Below the pieces are notes generated by a model. It ran no database searches. It saw nothing but the letters and a program-made list of their open reading frames with translations, and had not been told where the DNA came from. Made by a program: the position numbers and the translations under genes. Shown here one piece after another: positions 1 to 8,420 of a DNA stretch of 32,000 nucleotides. Source of the DNA: Delftia acidovorans NBRC 14950 (lineage in GTDB: Bacteria; Pseudomonadota; Gammaproteobacteria; Burkholderiales; Burkholderiaceae_C); assembly GCF_001598795.1 (NCBI RefSeq), contig NZ_BCZP01000016.1:1-32000 (forward strand), in the 5' to 3' direction. The first letter of the stretch is position 1; each line of letters opens with the position of its first letter.

Positions 1-192
1 AAGTCTGGCCTGGGCACGATCAAGGCAGACGCTGAGGTGTCCATCGTCCGCGCGAGCATCCGGATTCGCCGCCGCGCGGGCGTGGACGCCGCCATGCGCG
101 TGCTGTTCGGGTCGTCCGTCTACAGCATCGAGGCAGTGCTTCCCGGGCCGACCCGTGAATACATGGACCTTGTCTGCAAGCTCATCCAGTGA
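1..192 (+). CDS. Phage head-tail adaptor / head-closure protein, C-terminal part (5' end outside window)
   Basis: Frame 1 is open from base 1 to TGA at 190-192 (...SSVYSIEAVLPGPTREYMDLVCKLIQ*). The C-terminal pattern, and the position directly upstream of an HK97-gp10-like gene, fit the head-tail joining module. Confidence 0.5.
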   Translation, partial: KSGLGTIKADAEVSIVRASIRIRRRAGVDAAMRVLFGSSVYSIEAVLPGPTREYMDLVCKLIQ

Positions 193-201
193 GGGGAGGC
201 A

Positions 202-756
202 ATGGCGAATGGAGATAACTCTTTCACCATCCGTGCTGACACTGCGGGCCTGGATGATTTCCTGGATGCGCTGGGCGAAGCTGCCGACCAGGCCGTGCGC
301 CCCGCTGCGCAGGCCGGCGCGCAGGTGCTCTACGAGGCGGTCAAGGTCAACATCAGTTCCATAGGCAGCGTGACCGGCAACCTGGGCCGGGCGGTCTACC
401 AGGCATTCTCTCCAGAGCACTCCATCGATGGCGTGCAGGCGCAGTACCACGTCAGCTGGAACGCCAGGAAAGCGCCTCACGGCCATCTGCTGGAGAGGGG
501 GTGGGTACAGCGCTACGCAGTGACCATCGCCAAGGGGGGCAAGTGGGTCACGCGAGTGCGGCCCGAAGCGCAGGGCAAGCCCCGGCCGAGGCGCCGCGCC
601 ACACAGGCCGAGAAAGATGCGTACTACGTGCCTCGGCCTGGAGGCCCCGTCCACCGGCTGGGATATTTCTTTGTCGCTCGCGCTGAAGACTCCATGTCCA
701 AAGCCATTGAGGCTGCGAATCTGGAGCTGCAAAAGCGCTATGACCAGGTGAAGTGA
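202..756 (+). CDS. HK97 gp10-family head-tail connector / tail component protein
   Basis: 184-aa ORF with AGGGGAGG upstream of the ATG. N-terminal MANGDNSFTIRADTAGLDDFLDALGEAADQA... and TGNLGRAV motif resemble the HK97 gp10 family; syntenic position. Confidence 0.65.
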   Translation: MANGDNSFTIRADTAGLDDFLDALGEAADQAVRPAAQAGAQVLYEAVKVNISSIGSVTGNLGRAVYQAFSPEHSIDGVQAQYHVSWNARKAPHGHLLERGWVQRYAVTIAKGGKWVTRVRPEAQGKPRPRRRATQAEKDAYYVPRPGGPVHRLGYFFVARAEDSMSKAIEAANLELQKRYDQVK

Positions 757-757
757 C

Positions 758-1123
758 ATGAGCTATGAACCCGACCTTGTGGCCATCCTGACGGCGCTGT
801 GTCCGAGGTCTTTGCCGGTTGTTGCCCCATGGGGAACCAAGATGCCCTATGTGATCTGGCAGCGCGTTGGCGGCCGCGCGATGCGCAACCTCGACAAACG
901 GCCAACAGGCAATCTGCGCAATGGCCGCGTAAGCATCACCGTTTGGGATGAAACGCCCGCGAAGGCCACCGCGCTGATCCGTCAGATTGAGGATGCCTTG
1001 ACGGCCTCCGATGCCATCCAGTGCACGCCGCTGGATGAACCTCTGGACATGTTCGATGACGGCGGCAGCGATGTCGTGATCTTTGGCATGCAGCAGAGCT
1101 TTTCAATCTGGGCGCGCCGATAG
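758..1123 (+). CDS. Tail terminator / tail completion protein (DUF3168-like)
   Basis: 121-aa ORF starting 1 nt after the previous stop (tightly coupled). Size, the MPYVIWQRVGG motif and the position just before the major tail gene fit this role. Confidence 0.55.
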   Translation: MSYEPDLVAILTALCPRSLPVVAPWGTKMPYVIWQRVGGRAMRNLDKRPTGNLRNGRVSITVWDETPAKATALIRQIEDALTASDAIQCTPLDEPLDMFDDGGSDVVIFGMQQSFSIWARR

Positions 1124-1146
1124 CGCCCAAAACCTTTTCAACCCCG

Positions 1147-1168
1147 GCCCGCAGCAGCGGGCTTTTTT
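1147..1168 (+). terminator. Rho-independent terminator-like hairpin
   Basis: GCCCGC (1147-1152), loop AGCA, GCGGGC (1157-1162), followed by TTTTTT (1163-1168). Confidence 0.6.
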
Positions 1169-1188
1169 ACGTCCGAAAGGAAAACGCC

Positions 1189-1659
1189 ATGGGCGCACAT
1201 ACCGTTGCCGAAACCGTACTTGCAATTTCAGCCGCATTGCCTGCGGCCTATACCGAGACCGGATACAAGGCACTGACCTTCGTGGATATCGGTGAGGTCA
1301 CCAACGGCGGTAGCCACGGCCGCACCTACCAGGTTGTGAACCACAACCCCATTGCCACACGCGGCACGCGCAAGTTCAAGGGCTCATTCAACGAAGGCCA
1401 GAAGACCATTCAGCTCGCTGTGGACAACGAAGATCCGGGGCAGGCCATCGTCAAGACCGCCCTCAATGACGATGCGTCCTATGCCTTCCGCGTGACTTAT
1501 CAGGATGGCTCCATTGACTACTTCGCGGCCATCGTGACCAGCTGGTCCAAGTCCACCGAAAGCGTGGACAGCATGTACTCGGCCAGCGTCGGCTTGGAGC
1601 TGACTACCTCCAAGGACGGCGTCGGCATCATCGAAGTGCCCGCACCTGCCGGCCCCTGA
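1189..1659 (+). CDS. Major tail (tube) protein
   Basis: 156-aa ORF with GAAAGGAAA upstream. It lies between the tail terminator and the G/GT chaperone genes; small size and acidic/beta-rich composition are typical of siphovirus tube proteins. Confidence 0.65.
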   Translation: MGAHTVAETVLAISAALPAAYTETGYKALTFVDIGEVTNGGSHGRTYQVVNHNPIATRGTRKFKGSFNEGQKTIQLAVDNEDPGQAIVKTALNDDASYAFRVTYQDGSIDYFAAIVTSWSKSTESVDSMYSASVGLELTTSKDGVGIIEVPAPAGP

Positions 1660-1712
1660 TCTTTCCCTTCGGCCTTCGGGTCACCCCAGCACCGGCCCGG
1701 CTGTTTCGTCTC

Positions 1713-1761
1713 TCAGCGGAGGCGGGCAGTCGGGCGCGGGCATTTTCATTTCCTCCGCTGA
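1713..1761 (+). promoter_or_regulatory. Perfect 10-bp inverted repeat (TCAGCGGAGG ... CCTCCGCTGA) upstream of the chaperone gene
   Basis: Arms at 1713-1722 and 1752-1761 with a 29-nt loop. The right arm ends 10 nt before the ATG at 1771, which has no Shine-Dalgarno of its own. Confidence 0.4.
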
Positions 1762-1770
1762 AAGATCGAC

Positions 1771-2250
1771 ATGACCAAAACCATCACCCAAGCCGTGGCC
1801 GTGGCCACATCCGCCGCCGTCGCTGCAGCCGAACTCGTGGACATCACCGCCTTCGACCTGGTGAGCGCCTGCGAGGCTGGCCACAAGTTCCCGCTGCGCA
1901 ACCCGGACGGCTCGTCCACCGGCATCACCCTCATCGTGCGCGGCACGTTCGCGCCCGAGGTGGTCGCCTGGAACTCCGGCGTTGCGGAAAAATTCCTCAA
2001 TGAGCAGCGCGCGGCTCAGCGCCGGGGCAAGGCTCCCAAGGCCAAGACCATCGACGAGATGGAGGCCCAGAACATCGAGGGCGCCGTGGTGCGTGTCGCT
2101 GGCTGGGAGGGCGTCCGCCAGCCCTACAGCGCCGACCAACTGCGCGCCGCGCTCAAGCGCAATCCGCACTGGGCCGTGCAGATCATCGAGGAGTCCGACA
2201 GCCTGGGAAACTTTGGCGCGACCTCGGCATCCAGCTCCGAGGCTACGTAA
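1771..2250 (+). CDS. Tail assembly chaperone, gpG-like (0-frame product)
   Basis: 159-aa ORF directly upstream of the tape measure module. It contains an in-phase slippery heptamer near its 3' end. Confidence 0.8.
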   Translation: MTKTITQAVAVATSAAVAAAELVDITAFDLVSACEAGHKFPLRNPDGSSTGITLIVRGTFAPEVVAWNSGVAEKFLNEQRAAQRRGKAPKAKTIDEMEAQNIEGAVVRVAGWEGVRQPYSADQLRAALKRNPHWAVQIIEESDSLGNFGATSASSSEAT

Positions 2251-2660
2251 AGCAACTGGCCTGGCTGCAGGCGCCCGTCGATCCGCCTAAGGGCTCCAGC
2301 GATGACGCCCCACGCCAAAGCAGGGCGCAGCGCATGGGCGATGACGCAGAGCTGCCTTTGCCCGAGCTGGAGGACGGCTATCACTTCATCGCGGCGCTGA
2401 TGGAGGTGGGGCCGGTTTCCTATGCGGGGATGGACCTGGCACCCATCTCCTGGCCGGAGATAGCCGCCTGGCAGCAGGCCACGCGGTGCCCATTTCGCCC
2501 GCATGAGCTGCAGCTGCTGCGCAGCCTGTCGGCTGCCTACCTGGAGCAATACCGGCTGTCCAAAAGCGATGCCTGTCCATCGCCAGAGATCATGCGGCCT
2601 GAGGACGGAGATCAGGCCAAGAAGCTGGCGGCCCACATCAAGAGCATGTTGCGCGGATAG
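1771..2660 (+). CDS. Tail assembly chaperone -1 frameshift fusion (gpGT-like); T part is 2211-2660
   Basis: The -1 slip at 2205-2211 joins frame 1 to frame 3. Frame 3 is open through ...LAWLQAPVDPPKGSSDDAPRQSRAQRMGDDAELPLPELEDGYHFIAALMEVGP... to TAG at 2658-2660. The standalone ATG at 2334 has no obvious RBS. Confidence 0.7.
2205..2211 (+). promoter_or_regulatory. Programmed -1 ribosomal frameshift slippery heptamer G GGA AAC
   Basis: 0-frame codons GGA (2206-2208) and AAC (2209-2211), preceded by G2205, match X XXY YYZ. I read the -1 frame codon by codon from 2205 to 2660 and found no stop. Confidence 0.7.
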
Positions 2661-2780
2661 TTTTTCTGAGGCAATCAAGTTCTCACTTGCTAGCGAGGCT
2701 CTCTATTGGCCTGGGTGCGCCCTAACGCCATTCCCATATTTTCGTCCAATAGAATCCATGGTCTCAATCAAGGGGAAATT

Positions 2781-3185
2781 ATGGGACTCGGGAAAATGGC
2801 GCTTCTGGCCACAATGCTGGCTATTTCAATAGCAGGTTGCGGAGGTGGCGACGATGGCCCTGTCACAAAGACAGGGAGCTATGAGGTCGAGGTGGGCCGA
2901 AGTGTCATTGGTGCACCAAGCACTTCACCCACACAGCCCCAGGATGAGGCAGTCGTCACCTACCGTACTCCCAGGGGTGTGCAGCAGGCTCGCACTTTTG
3001 GAGGGAAATTTTCGACGCCGATCTGGGTTGAAGATGGAGATGCACTGTACGTATCTGCACAGCGGGGTATGGGAAACGCCAGTGTCACAGTCAAGATCAC
3101 GATTGAGGGTCAGGATTTCCGACAAGCGACATCGTACGGGCCGGCGTCCATTGCCACTGCCTCGGGAACTTGCTGCCGACGCTAA
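2781..3185 (+). CDS. Lipoprotein (moron cargo inside the tail module)
   Basis: AAGGGGA lies 5 nt upstream of ATG 2781. Signal peptide MGLGKMALLATMLAISIAGC carries a lipobox (IAG|C). GC is lower than the flanking phage genes (by eye). The longer ORF from 2706 lacks an RBS. Confidence 0.7.
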   Translation: MGLGKMALLATMLAISIAGCGGGDDGPVTKTGSYEVEVGRSVIGAPSTSPTQPQDEAVVTYRTPRGVQQARTFGGKFSTPIWVEDGDALYVSAQRGMGNASVTVKITIEGQDFRQATSYGPASIATASGTCCRR

Positions 3186-3219
3186 GCCCAGATACCAGCG
3201 CGGAATTTAGGAGAAAAAT

Positions 3220-3438
3220 GTGAAGTATGTCGTTTACGCAGGCGCTGTTTTTGGTGTCTTTTTTATGTTGGGAACCATTGGCGTCAAGGGTGCTCCGCAA
3301 GAGGCTGCTCTTGCGGCAATGGCCTGTGCTTCCTGCATCATTCCATACGTTGTTTTTCGTGTCCGGCAGGCTTCCGTGGAAGAAGAGCAGCGAAAAAAGA
3401 TCATTGAGTTGCTGAGGGTGATCAGTCAGGACAAGTAG
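3220..3438 (+). CDS. Small two-TM membrane protein (moron cargo)
   Basis: AGGAGA lies 6 nt upstream of GTG 3220. The 72-aa product has two hydrophobic helices (VVYAGAVFGVFFMLGTIGV, AALAAMACASCIIPYVVF) and a charged C-terminal helix. Low GC. Confidence 0.6.
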   Translation: MKYVVYAGAVFGVFFMLGTIGVKGAPQEAALAAMACASCIIPYVVFRVRQASVEEEQRKKIIELLRVISQDK

Positions 3439-3479
3439 ACACCTCACCAGCCATCCGCACACAAGCGGAATTCCTATTT

Positions 3480-3509
3480 AGCCCCTCGGCAGTGCCGCGG
3501 GGCTTTTTT
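3480..3509 (+). terminator. Rho-independent terminator closing the moron cassette
   Basis: GCCCC-t-CGGC agt GCCG-c-GGGGC (3481-3503) followed by TTTTTT (3504-3509). Confidence 0.65.
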
Positions 3510-3527
3510 ATTGCCTGGACGGTACGC

Positions 3528-6500
3528 ATGACAGACACCACGCGCAAATCAAATCTTGAGTTTGGTGTTCGTAACAACACCAAGGCCGGCCTGTCGGAGA
3601 TCAAGCAGGATGTCAAAGCCGTAGGCGATGAGGCTGCCCAGGCAGGCACCAAGGCCGGTACGGCTTTTGACGGCATGGGCAAGAGCAGCCAAGCGGCTGC
3701 GAGCAGTATTGACCGCAGCACGCGAAGCATCATCAGCTCCCTGGAGCGTGAGATGGCCGCCATGCAGGCCGGTGGCAAGGGCACTGCCGCCTATTACGAG
3801 ACCATTGCCAGGCAGCGTGGCGCCGACATGGCTGCGTTGGGTCCGTACCTGCAGCAGATGCGCCTGTTTGAAAAACAGGCCGAGGAATCGTTCAAGACAG
3901 TCGGTATGTCTGCGCGGGCGACATCCGCTGCAATGCGAGGTGTGCCGGCCCAAATCAGCGACATCGTTGTGAGCCTGCAGGGCGGCATGCCCGTCATGAC
4001 TGTGTTCATGCAGCAGGGCTTGCAGTTGCGCGATATGTTCGGCGGCTTCGCTGCGGCCGGCAAGGCTTTGGGAAGCACCCTGCTGGGCCTGGTCAATCCC
4101 TACACCGTTGTAGCGGCTGCAGTGGTGGGCTTGGGCGCAGCCATGGCGTACTCGGAGAGCACTCTGCGCACCAACATGACGCTGATGGCGCAGTTGGAGG
4201 CCACAGGGCGCGCGGGCTTCCTGAACTCCGATGCCATCAAGCAGCTCAAGAAGGAAATGATTGAGCTGCCGGGGATCAGCAAGAGCATGGCCTCGGCCAT
4301 CATTTCGGACCTGGTGCAGGTGCGAACCCTGGGCGGCGAGGCACTGCAGAAGATCGCATTGCTGTCGGCAGACTTTGCAACCGCCACTGGCCAGGATGCC
4401 ACCGGCGCCGCCAAGGAATTGGCCAAGGCGATGGAGGAGCCAGCCAAGGGGGCGCGTGCCCTGGATGAGGCATTCAATTTCCTCACCGTGTCCCAACTGG
4501 TGGCCATTGAAGCCATGGTGGAGGCCGGCGACAAAGCCGGCGCTCAGGGCGTGGTGCTCGATGCCTTGGGCACTCGGCTCAAGGACCTTGCGGACAACAG
4601 CCTGACGCCGCTGCAGACCGCCACCAAGAACTTTGGCGATGCCTGGGACCAGGCCATGGCGAACGTCGCCAACGCGGGCACGCTGACGGCCGCCAATGAT
4701 CTGGTCGCTGGGCTGGTGAACCGCTTTGCGGAACTGGTGGGCTGGTTGAACCGGGCCCGGCTGCCTGACTGGATGGAGCAATCCTTCAAGGGCGGCCTCA
4801 ATGGCATGGTCTACAGGGCCATCGTCGGCGACAACACTCCCAAGCCTGCCTTCACTGGCGGAACGACAGGCAGCTGGGGCGACAACACGGGCGGCGCCTC
4901 AGGTGGCTGGGGCACGACAGGTGCGAAGTCCACGGCCGACCAGGAGCTGTCCGAGCTGCTGGACACCACCAAGGCATTCAAAGGGAAAAAGGATGCCGTT
5001 GAGGACCTGAACAAGACGCTCGGCAGGCTGCAGACGCAGCAGCAGCGCCTGCGCGATGAGGGGCGCGGTGATTCCAAGGAAGCGGATGAGCTGCAGACCC
5101 GCATCAACGGCATCAACGAAAAGATCAAGTCGCTGAGCAAGACGCGCGGCGACGGCGCCAAGAAAGAGCAGTCTGCCTATGCAGAACTTGCGGCCTCGAT
5201 CCAAGCCAAGATTGAGGCCAACAAGGCAGAGGTCACCCAGTCCGGCAAACTCAACGACGCCCAAAAGGCCGAGATCAAGCTCAATGCCGATCTGAAAGAA
5301 GGAAAGATCAAGCTGTCGGCCGCCCATGAGGCGGATCTGCGCGGGCGCATTGCGGTCTGGAAGCAGCAGGAAAAGGACAAGGCGCAGGCCAAGGAAAACG
5401 TCGCGCTCTACCAGCAGCAGCTGGACATTGAAAAACAGGTCACAGAGGACTATCTCAAGCGCTCCAAGGCCCTGGAATCGGCGCGCCAGGCCATGGACGC
5501 TTACGAGAAGTCGGCGAAAGAGGACTTCGAGCGTCTGCAGCTGGAGGCGGGCCTCATCGGCATGAGCAACCAGGCGCGGGCTGTGGCCTTGGCCCAATAC
5601 GATGCCGAGCTGGAACTCAAGCGCAAGATTGCCGAGATAGAGCGGCTGGATGCGACCACATCGCAAAAGGATGAGCTGATCGACCGTGCGCGCGTGGTCT
5701 CCTATCAGCGCGTGGCCAGTGCCCAGACCAAGGCCTACAACGACGAATGGAACAAGGCCTTTGACCAGGCCAGCCAGTCGCTCAGCGATGCGCTGATGGC
5801 CGGGGGCAAGAACGGCGCCGAGTACATCGAGGGCCTGTTCCGCTCACTGGTGCTGCGGCCTGTGATTCAGGCCATCGTGGCGCCCATCGCAGGTGACATC
5901 GCCTCTACGGTGCTGTCCATGCTGGGCATGGGACCCAGCGGCAGCTCGGGCGGCGGCTCTGGCGTGGGGTTGGGCAACGTCTCCACCATGTACAAGCTGG
6001 GCACCTCATCCTTGATGAAGGACTTCGGCCTGGGCCTGGGCAACCTGGTGAACAACGCCGGCGGCAAGCTCTACAACCTGGGTCTTGAGAAAGTTGGCAG
6101 TTCGCTGATCGACTTCGGCGACACGCTGACGAAGTATTCCGGCATCGTCAACAAGGCCGGCGCCGCGTTCAGCTACGTCAGCGCGATTCTCAAAATCGCA
6201 GATGGCAAGTGGGGGGCGGGTATCGGAACTGCTGTGGGGCAGTGGTTCGGTGGACCCATCGGTGCCTTTATCGGCAACTGGATCGGTGGCCTGCTGGACA
6301 AGGCATTCGGCTCGCGGGGTGCAAATCACTCGGGCGGCGTGGCGTCCACTGCCACCACGGATCGGGACACGGCTGCGCGCCAGGCCCTTGGCACTGACGC
6401 ATGGGGCAACACCTGGGGAGACTTCACCAAGCGCGCCAATAGCGACATCGACAAACAGGTGGGTGACTCCATCAAATCGATGTTGGACTTGTATAACGCG

Positions 6501-8420
6501 CTGGCCAAGTTCTCGAACGGCACAGCCAAGGAAATCGACATCGCTGGTGGGTTCTCACTCAACCCTGCGTACAGCGATGAAGGTGCCATGGGCTTTTTCC
6601 AGATTCTGGACAAAGCCACCGGCGAAGTGCTGACCAAGTACAAGAATCGGGACCTGGATGCAGATCCAAAGAAGGCCTGGGCGCAGTACATGGCGGACAT
6701 GGGCGGTGCGGTCATCGACCAGCTCAAGAAGGCGGATATCCCCGGCTGGATGCGCGAGGAATTCGATGCCCTGGGCGAGAACATCACCATCGAAGGTCTC
6801 AACGAAGCATTGCGCACCATCGCAATGATCGATGCGGCATTCCGTGGATGGGCTGACACCCTGGTGGGCTTCGCCAATCTGACCGCAAAGGCACAGACCG
6901 AACTGCTTAAGTTCTCGGGCGGCATCGAGGCACTGTCCAACAACGTCAATGCCTTCTATTCCAGCTTCTACTCGGAAGAGGAGAGGGCGGGCATCCTGCA
7001 GCGCCAGGTGAGGGAGGGGCTCAAGGCTCTGGGTGTGGACATCGACCCAGCGGGTGGCGAAGAGGCAAAGAAGAAGTTCCGCAAGTTGATCGAAGATGCT
7101 TTGGCCTCGGGCGACACGGAGCTTGCCGCCAAGCTTTTGGCATTTGCCCAGATGTTTGGCGTGGCGGCGGACTATGCCCAGAAAGCTGCGGAGACGGCGG
7201 CCGATGCGGCCAAGACGGCAGCGGACGAAGCGGCGAAAGCGCTGGCCGATGCGCGGCAAAAGGCCAAGGACGCCGCCATTGCGAACTTTGAAGCTGCTGT
7301 ACAGCGCGAGCAGGACTACTGGGGCGCCATCGCCTCGGCTGCGCAAACTGCCATCAGCAGCATGTCTGCGGTGCTGGCCACGCTCAGATCCAATGCGCGC
7401 GAGCTGTACGGCTCAGTGACTGCAACGCAGCAGATGCTGGCGGCGCAGGGCATGGTCTACATCGAGCAGGCGCTGGCCGGCGTGCGTGGTGGCGCGAAGC
7501 TGTCCAGCTACGAGGGTCTGGCGGACGCCATCAACGCGGCGCGTAGCGGCATCAACGGCGGAGCCTACGCGACTCAGTTTGAGAAGGACCGAGACACCTT
7601 GGTTTTGGCGGGCCAACTGGCCGATCTGGCGGACATGGGTGATGCCCAACTCAGCATCGAGGAGCGTTTGTTCAAAAACGCGCAAGAGCAGTTGGAGCGG
7701 CTGGACAAGACGCTGAACTACTGGCGCGAGCTGATCGAAGGCAACGAAAAGCACATTGACGCAACGCTGAGTGTTGAGGCGGCTATTCGCGCGCTGATGC
7801 CGTTCCTGGACCCCACAACGGCAACCAAGCCAGGCAGTAAGCCGGGGGACGGTGGCGCGGTGTGGGGGCCGGGTGGCGGCGGAAGCTCGCCTGTGGACTC
7901 CAAGTACGAGCGCCCGCGCTCGGATGGATCTGGTGGCACTTGGTACGAGCCCATTACCGATGTGGGGCGCGTGGCAGAGCTGGACAAGCTTTACGACGGG
8001 TATCACAAGTTCGATGGCACAGGCGACGCTGCCGGGCTCAACGCCTGGATTCGCGACAACAACCTGACGCCCAAGGACCTTGCCGATCTGTCTGGTTTGT
8101 ACGAGCGGGACTGGGACAACTGGTTCAAGAACAGCGGCCTGCCGTCCTATGACATCGGCACGAACTTCGTTCCACGCGACACGCTGGCCATGGTTCATCG
8201 GGGCGAGGCCATCGTGCCGGAAGCCTTCAATCCTTGGGCTGGTGGCTCATCTCTGGTTGGCAACAACGAGCGGCTCGAGGCACTGGTTGCGCAGCTCGTA
8301 TCGGACAACCGTGCGCAGGCAGGCCAGATCGTGCGGCTGCAGGGCCAGATCGCGAAGCTGCTTCAGCGCTGGGATGGCGACGGACTGCCGGGACAACGAA
8401 AAGAAGAGGTAACCACATGA
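3528..8420 (+). CDS. Tail tape measure protein (~1630 aa)
   Basis: Very long ORF after the G/GT genes. It is coiled-coil/Ala-Lys-Glu rich with glycine-zipper hydrophobic segments (GKWGAGIGTAVGQWFGGPIGAFIGNWIGGLL). A conserved C-terminal motif LPSYDIGTNFVPRDTLAMVHRGEAIVP is present. ATG 3528 (MTDTTRKSN) is preferred over the ORF-track start 3492, which sits inside the terminator hairpin. Confidence 0.9.
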   Translation: MTDTTRKSNLEFGVRNNTKAGLSEIKQDVKAVGDEAAQAGTKAGTAFDGMGKSSQAAASSIDRSTRSIISSLEREMAAMQAGGKGTAAYYETIARQRGADMAALGPYLQQMRLFEKQAEESFKTVGMSARATSAAMRGVPAQISDIVVSLQGGMPVMTVFMQQGLQLRDMFGGFAAAGKALGSTLLGLVNPYTVVAAAVVGLGAAMAYSESTLRTNMTLMAQLEATGRAGFLNSDAIKQLKKEMIELPGISKSMASAIISDLVQVRTLGGEALQKIALLSADFATATGQDATGAAKELAKAMEEPAKGARALDEAFNFLTVSQLVAIEAMVEAGDKAGAQGVVLDALGTRLKDLADNSLTPLQTATKNFGDAWDQAMANVANAGTLTAANDLVAGLVNRFAELVGWLNRARLPDWMEQSFKGGLNGMVYRAIVGDNTPKPAFTGGTTGSWGDNTGGASGGWGTTGAKSTADQELSELLDTTKAFKGKKDAVEDLNKTLGRLQTQQQRLRDEGRGDSKEADELQTRINGINEKIKSLSKTRGDGAKKEQSAYAELAASIQAKIEANKAEVTQSGKLNDAQKAEIKLNADLKEGKIKLSAAHEADLRGRIAVWKQQEKDKAQAKENVALYQQQLDIEKQVTEDYLKRSKALESARQAMDAYEKSAKEDFERLQLEAGLIGMSNQARAVALAQYDAELELKRKIAEIERLDATTSQKDELIDRARVVSYQRVASAQTKAYNDEWNKAFDQASQSLSDALMAGGKNGAEYIEGLFRSLVLRPVIQAIVAPIAGDIASTVLSMLGMGPSGSSGGGSGVGLGNVSTMYKLGTSSLMKDFGLGLGNLVNNAGGKLYNLGLEKVGSSLIDFGDTLTKYSGIVNKAGAAFSYVSAILKIADGKWGAGIGTAVGQWFGGPIGAFIGNWIGGLLDKAFGSRGANHSGGVASTATTDRDTAARQALGTDAWGNTWGDFTKRANSDIDKQVGDSIKSMLDLYNALAKFSNGTAKEIDIAGGFSLNPAYSDEGAMGFFQILDKATGEVLTKYKNRDLDADPKKAWAQYMADMGGAVIDQLKKADIPGWMREEFDALGENITIEGLNEALRTIAMIDAAFRGWADTLVGFANLTAKAQTELLKFSGGIEALSNNVNAFYSSFYSEEERAGILQRQVREGLKALGVDIDPAGGEEAKKKFRKLIEDALASGDTELAAKLLAFAQMFGVAADYAQKAAETAADAAKTAADEAAKALADARQKAKDAAIANFEAAVQREQDYWGAIASAAQTAISSMSAVLATLRSNARELYGSVTATQQMLAAQGMVYIEQALAGVRGGAKLSSYEGLADAINAARSGINGGAYATQFEKDRDTLVLAGQLADLADMGDAQLSIEERLFKNAQEQLERLDKTLNYWRELIEGNEKHIDATLSVEAAIRALMPFLDPTTATKPGSKPGDGGAVWGPGGGGSSPVDSKYERPRSDGSGGTWYEPITDVGRVAELDKLYDGYHKFDGTGDAAGLNAWIRDNNLTPKDLADLSGLYERDWDNWFKNSGLPSYDIGTNFVPRDTLAMVHRGEAIVPEAFNPWAGGSSLVGNNERLEALVAQLVSDNRAQAGQIVRLQGQIAKLLQRWDGDGLPGQRKEEVTT

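Noticed and set aside
3549-8198. Long antisense or alternate-frame ORFs inside the tape measure gene (e.g. 3549..4781 minus, 410 aa; 4899..5666 minus; 6555..7346 minus; 7413..8198 minus)
   Set aside because: These are typical high-GC artefacts. The products are Arg/Gly/His-rich and low-complexity, have no RBS, and are fully overlapped by a coherent 1630-aa coding frame with recognisable tape-measure features.
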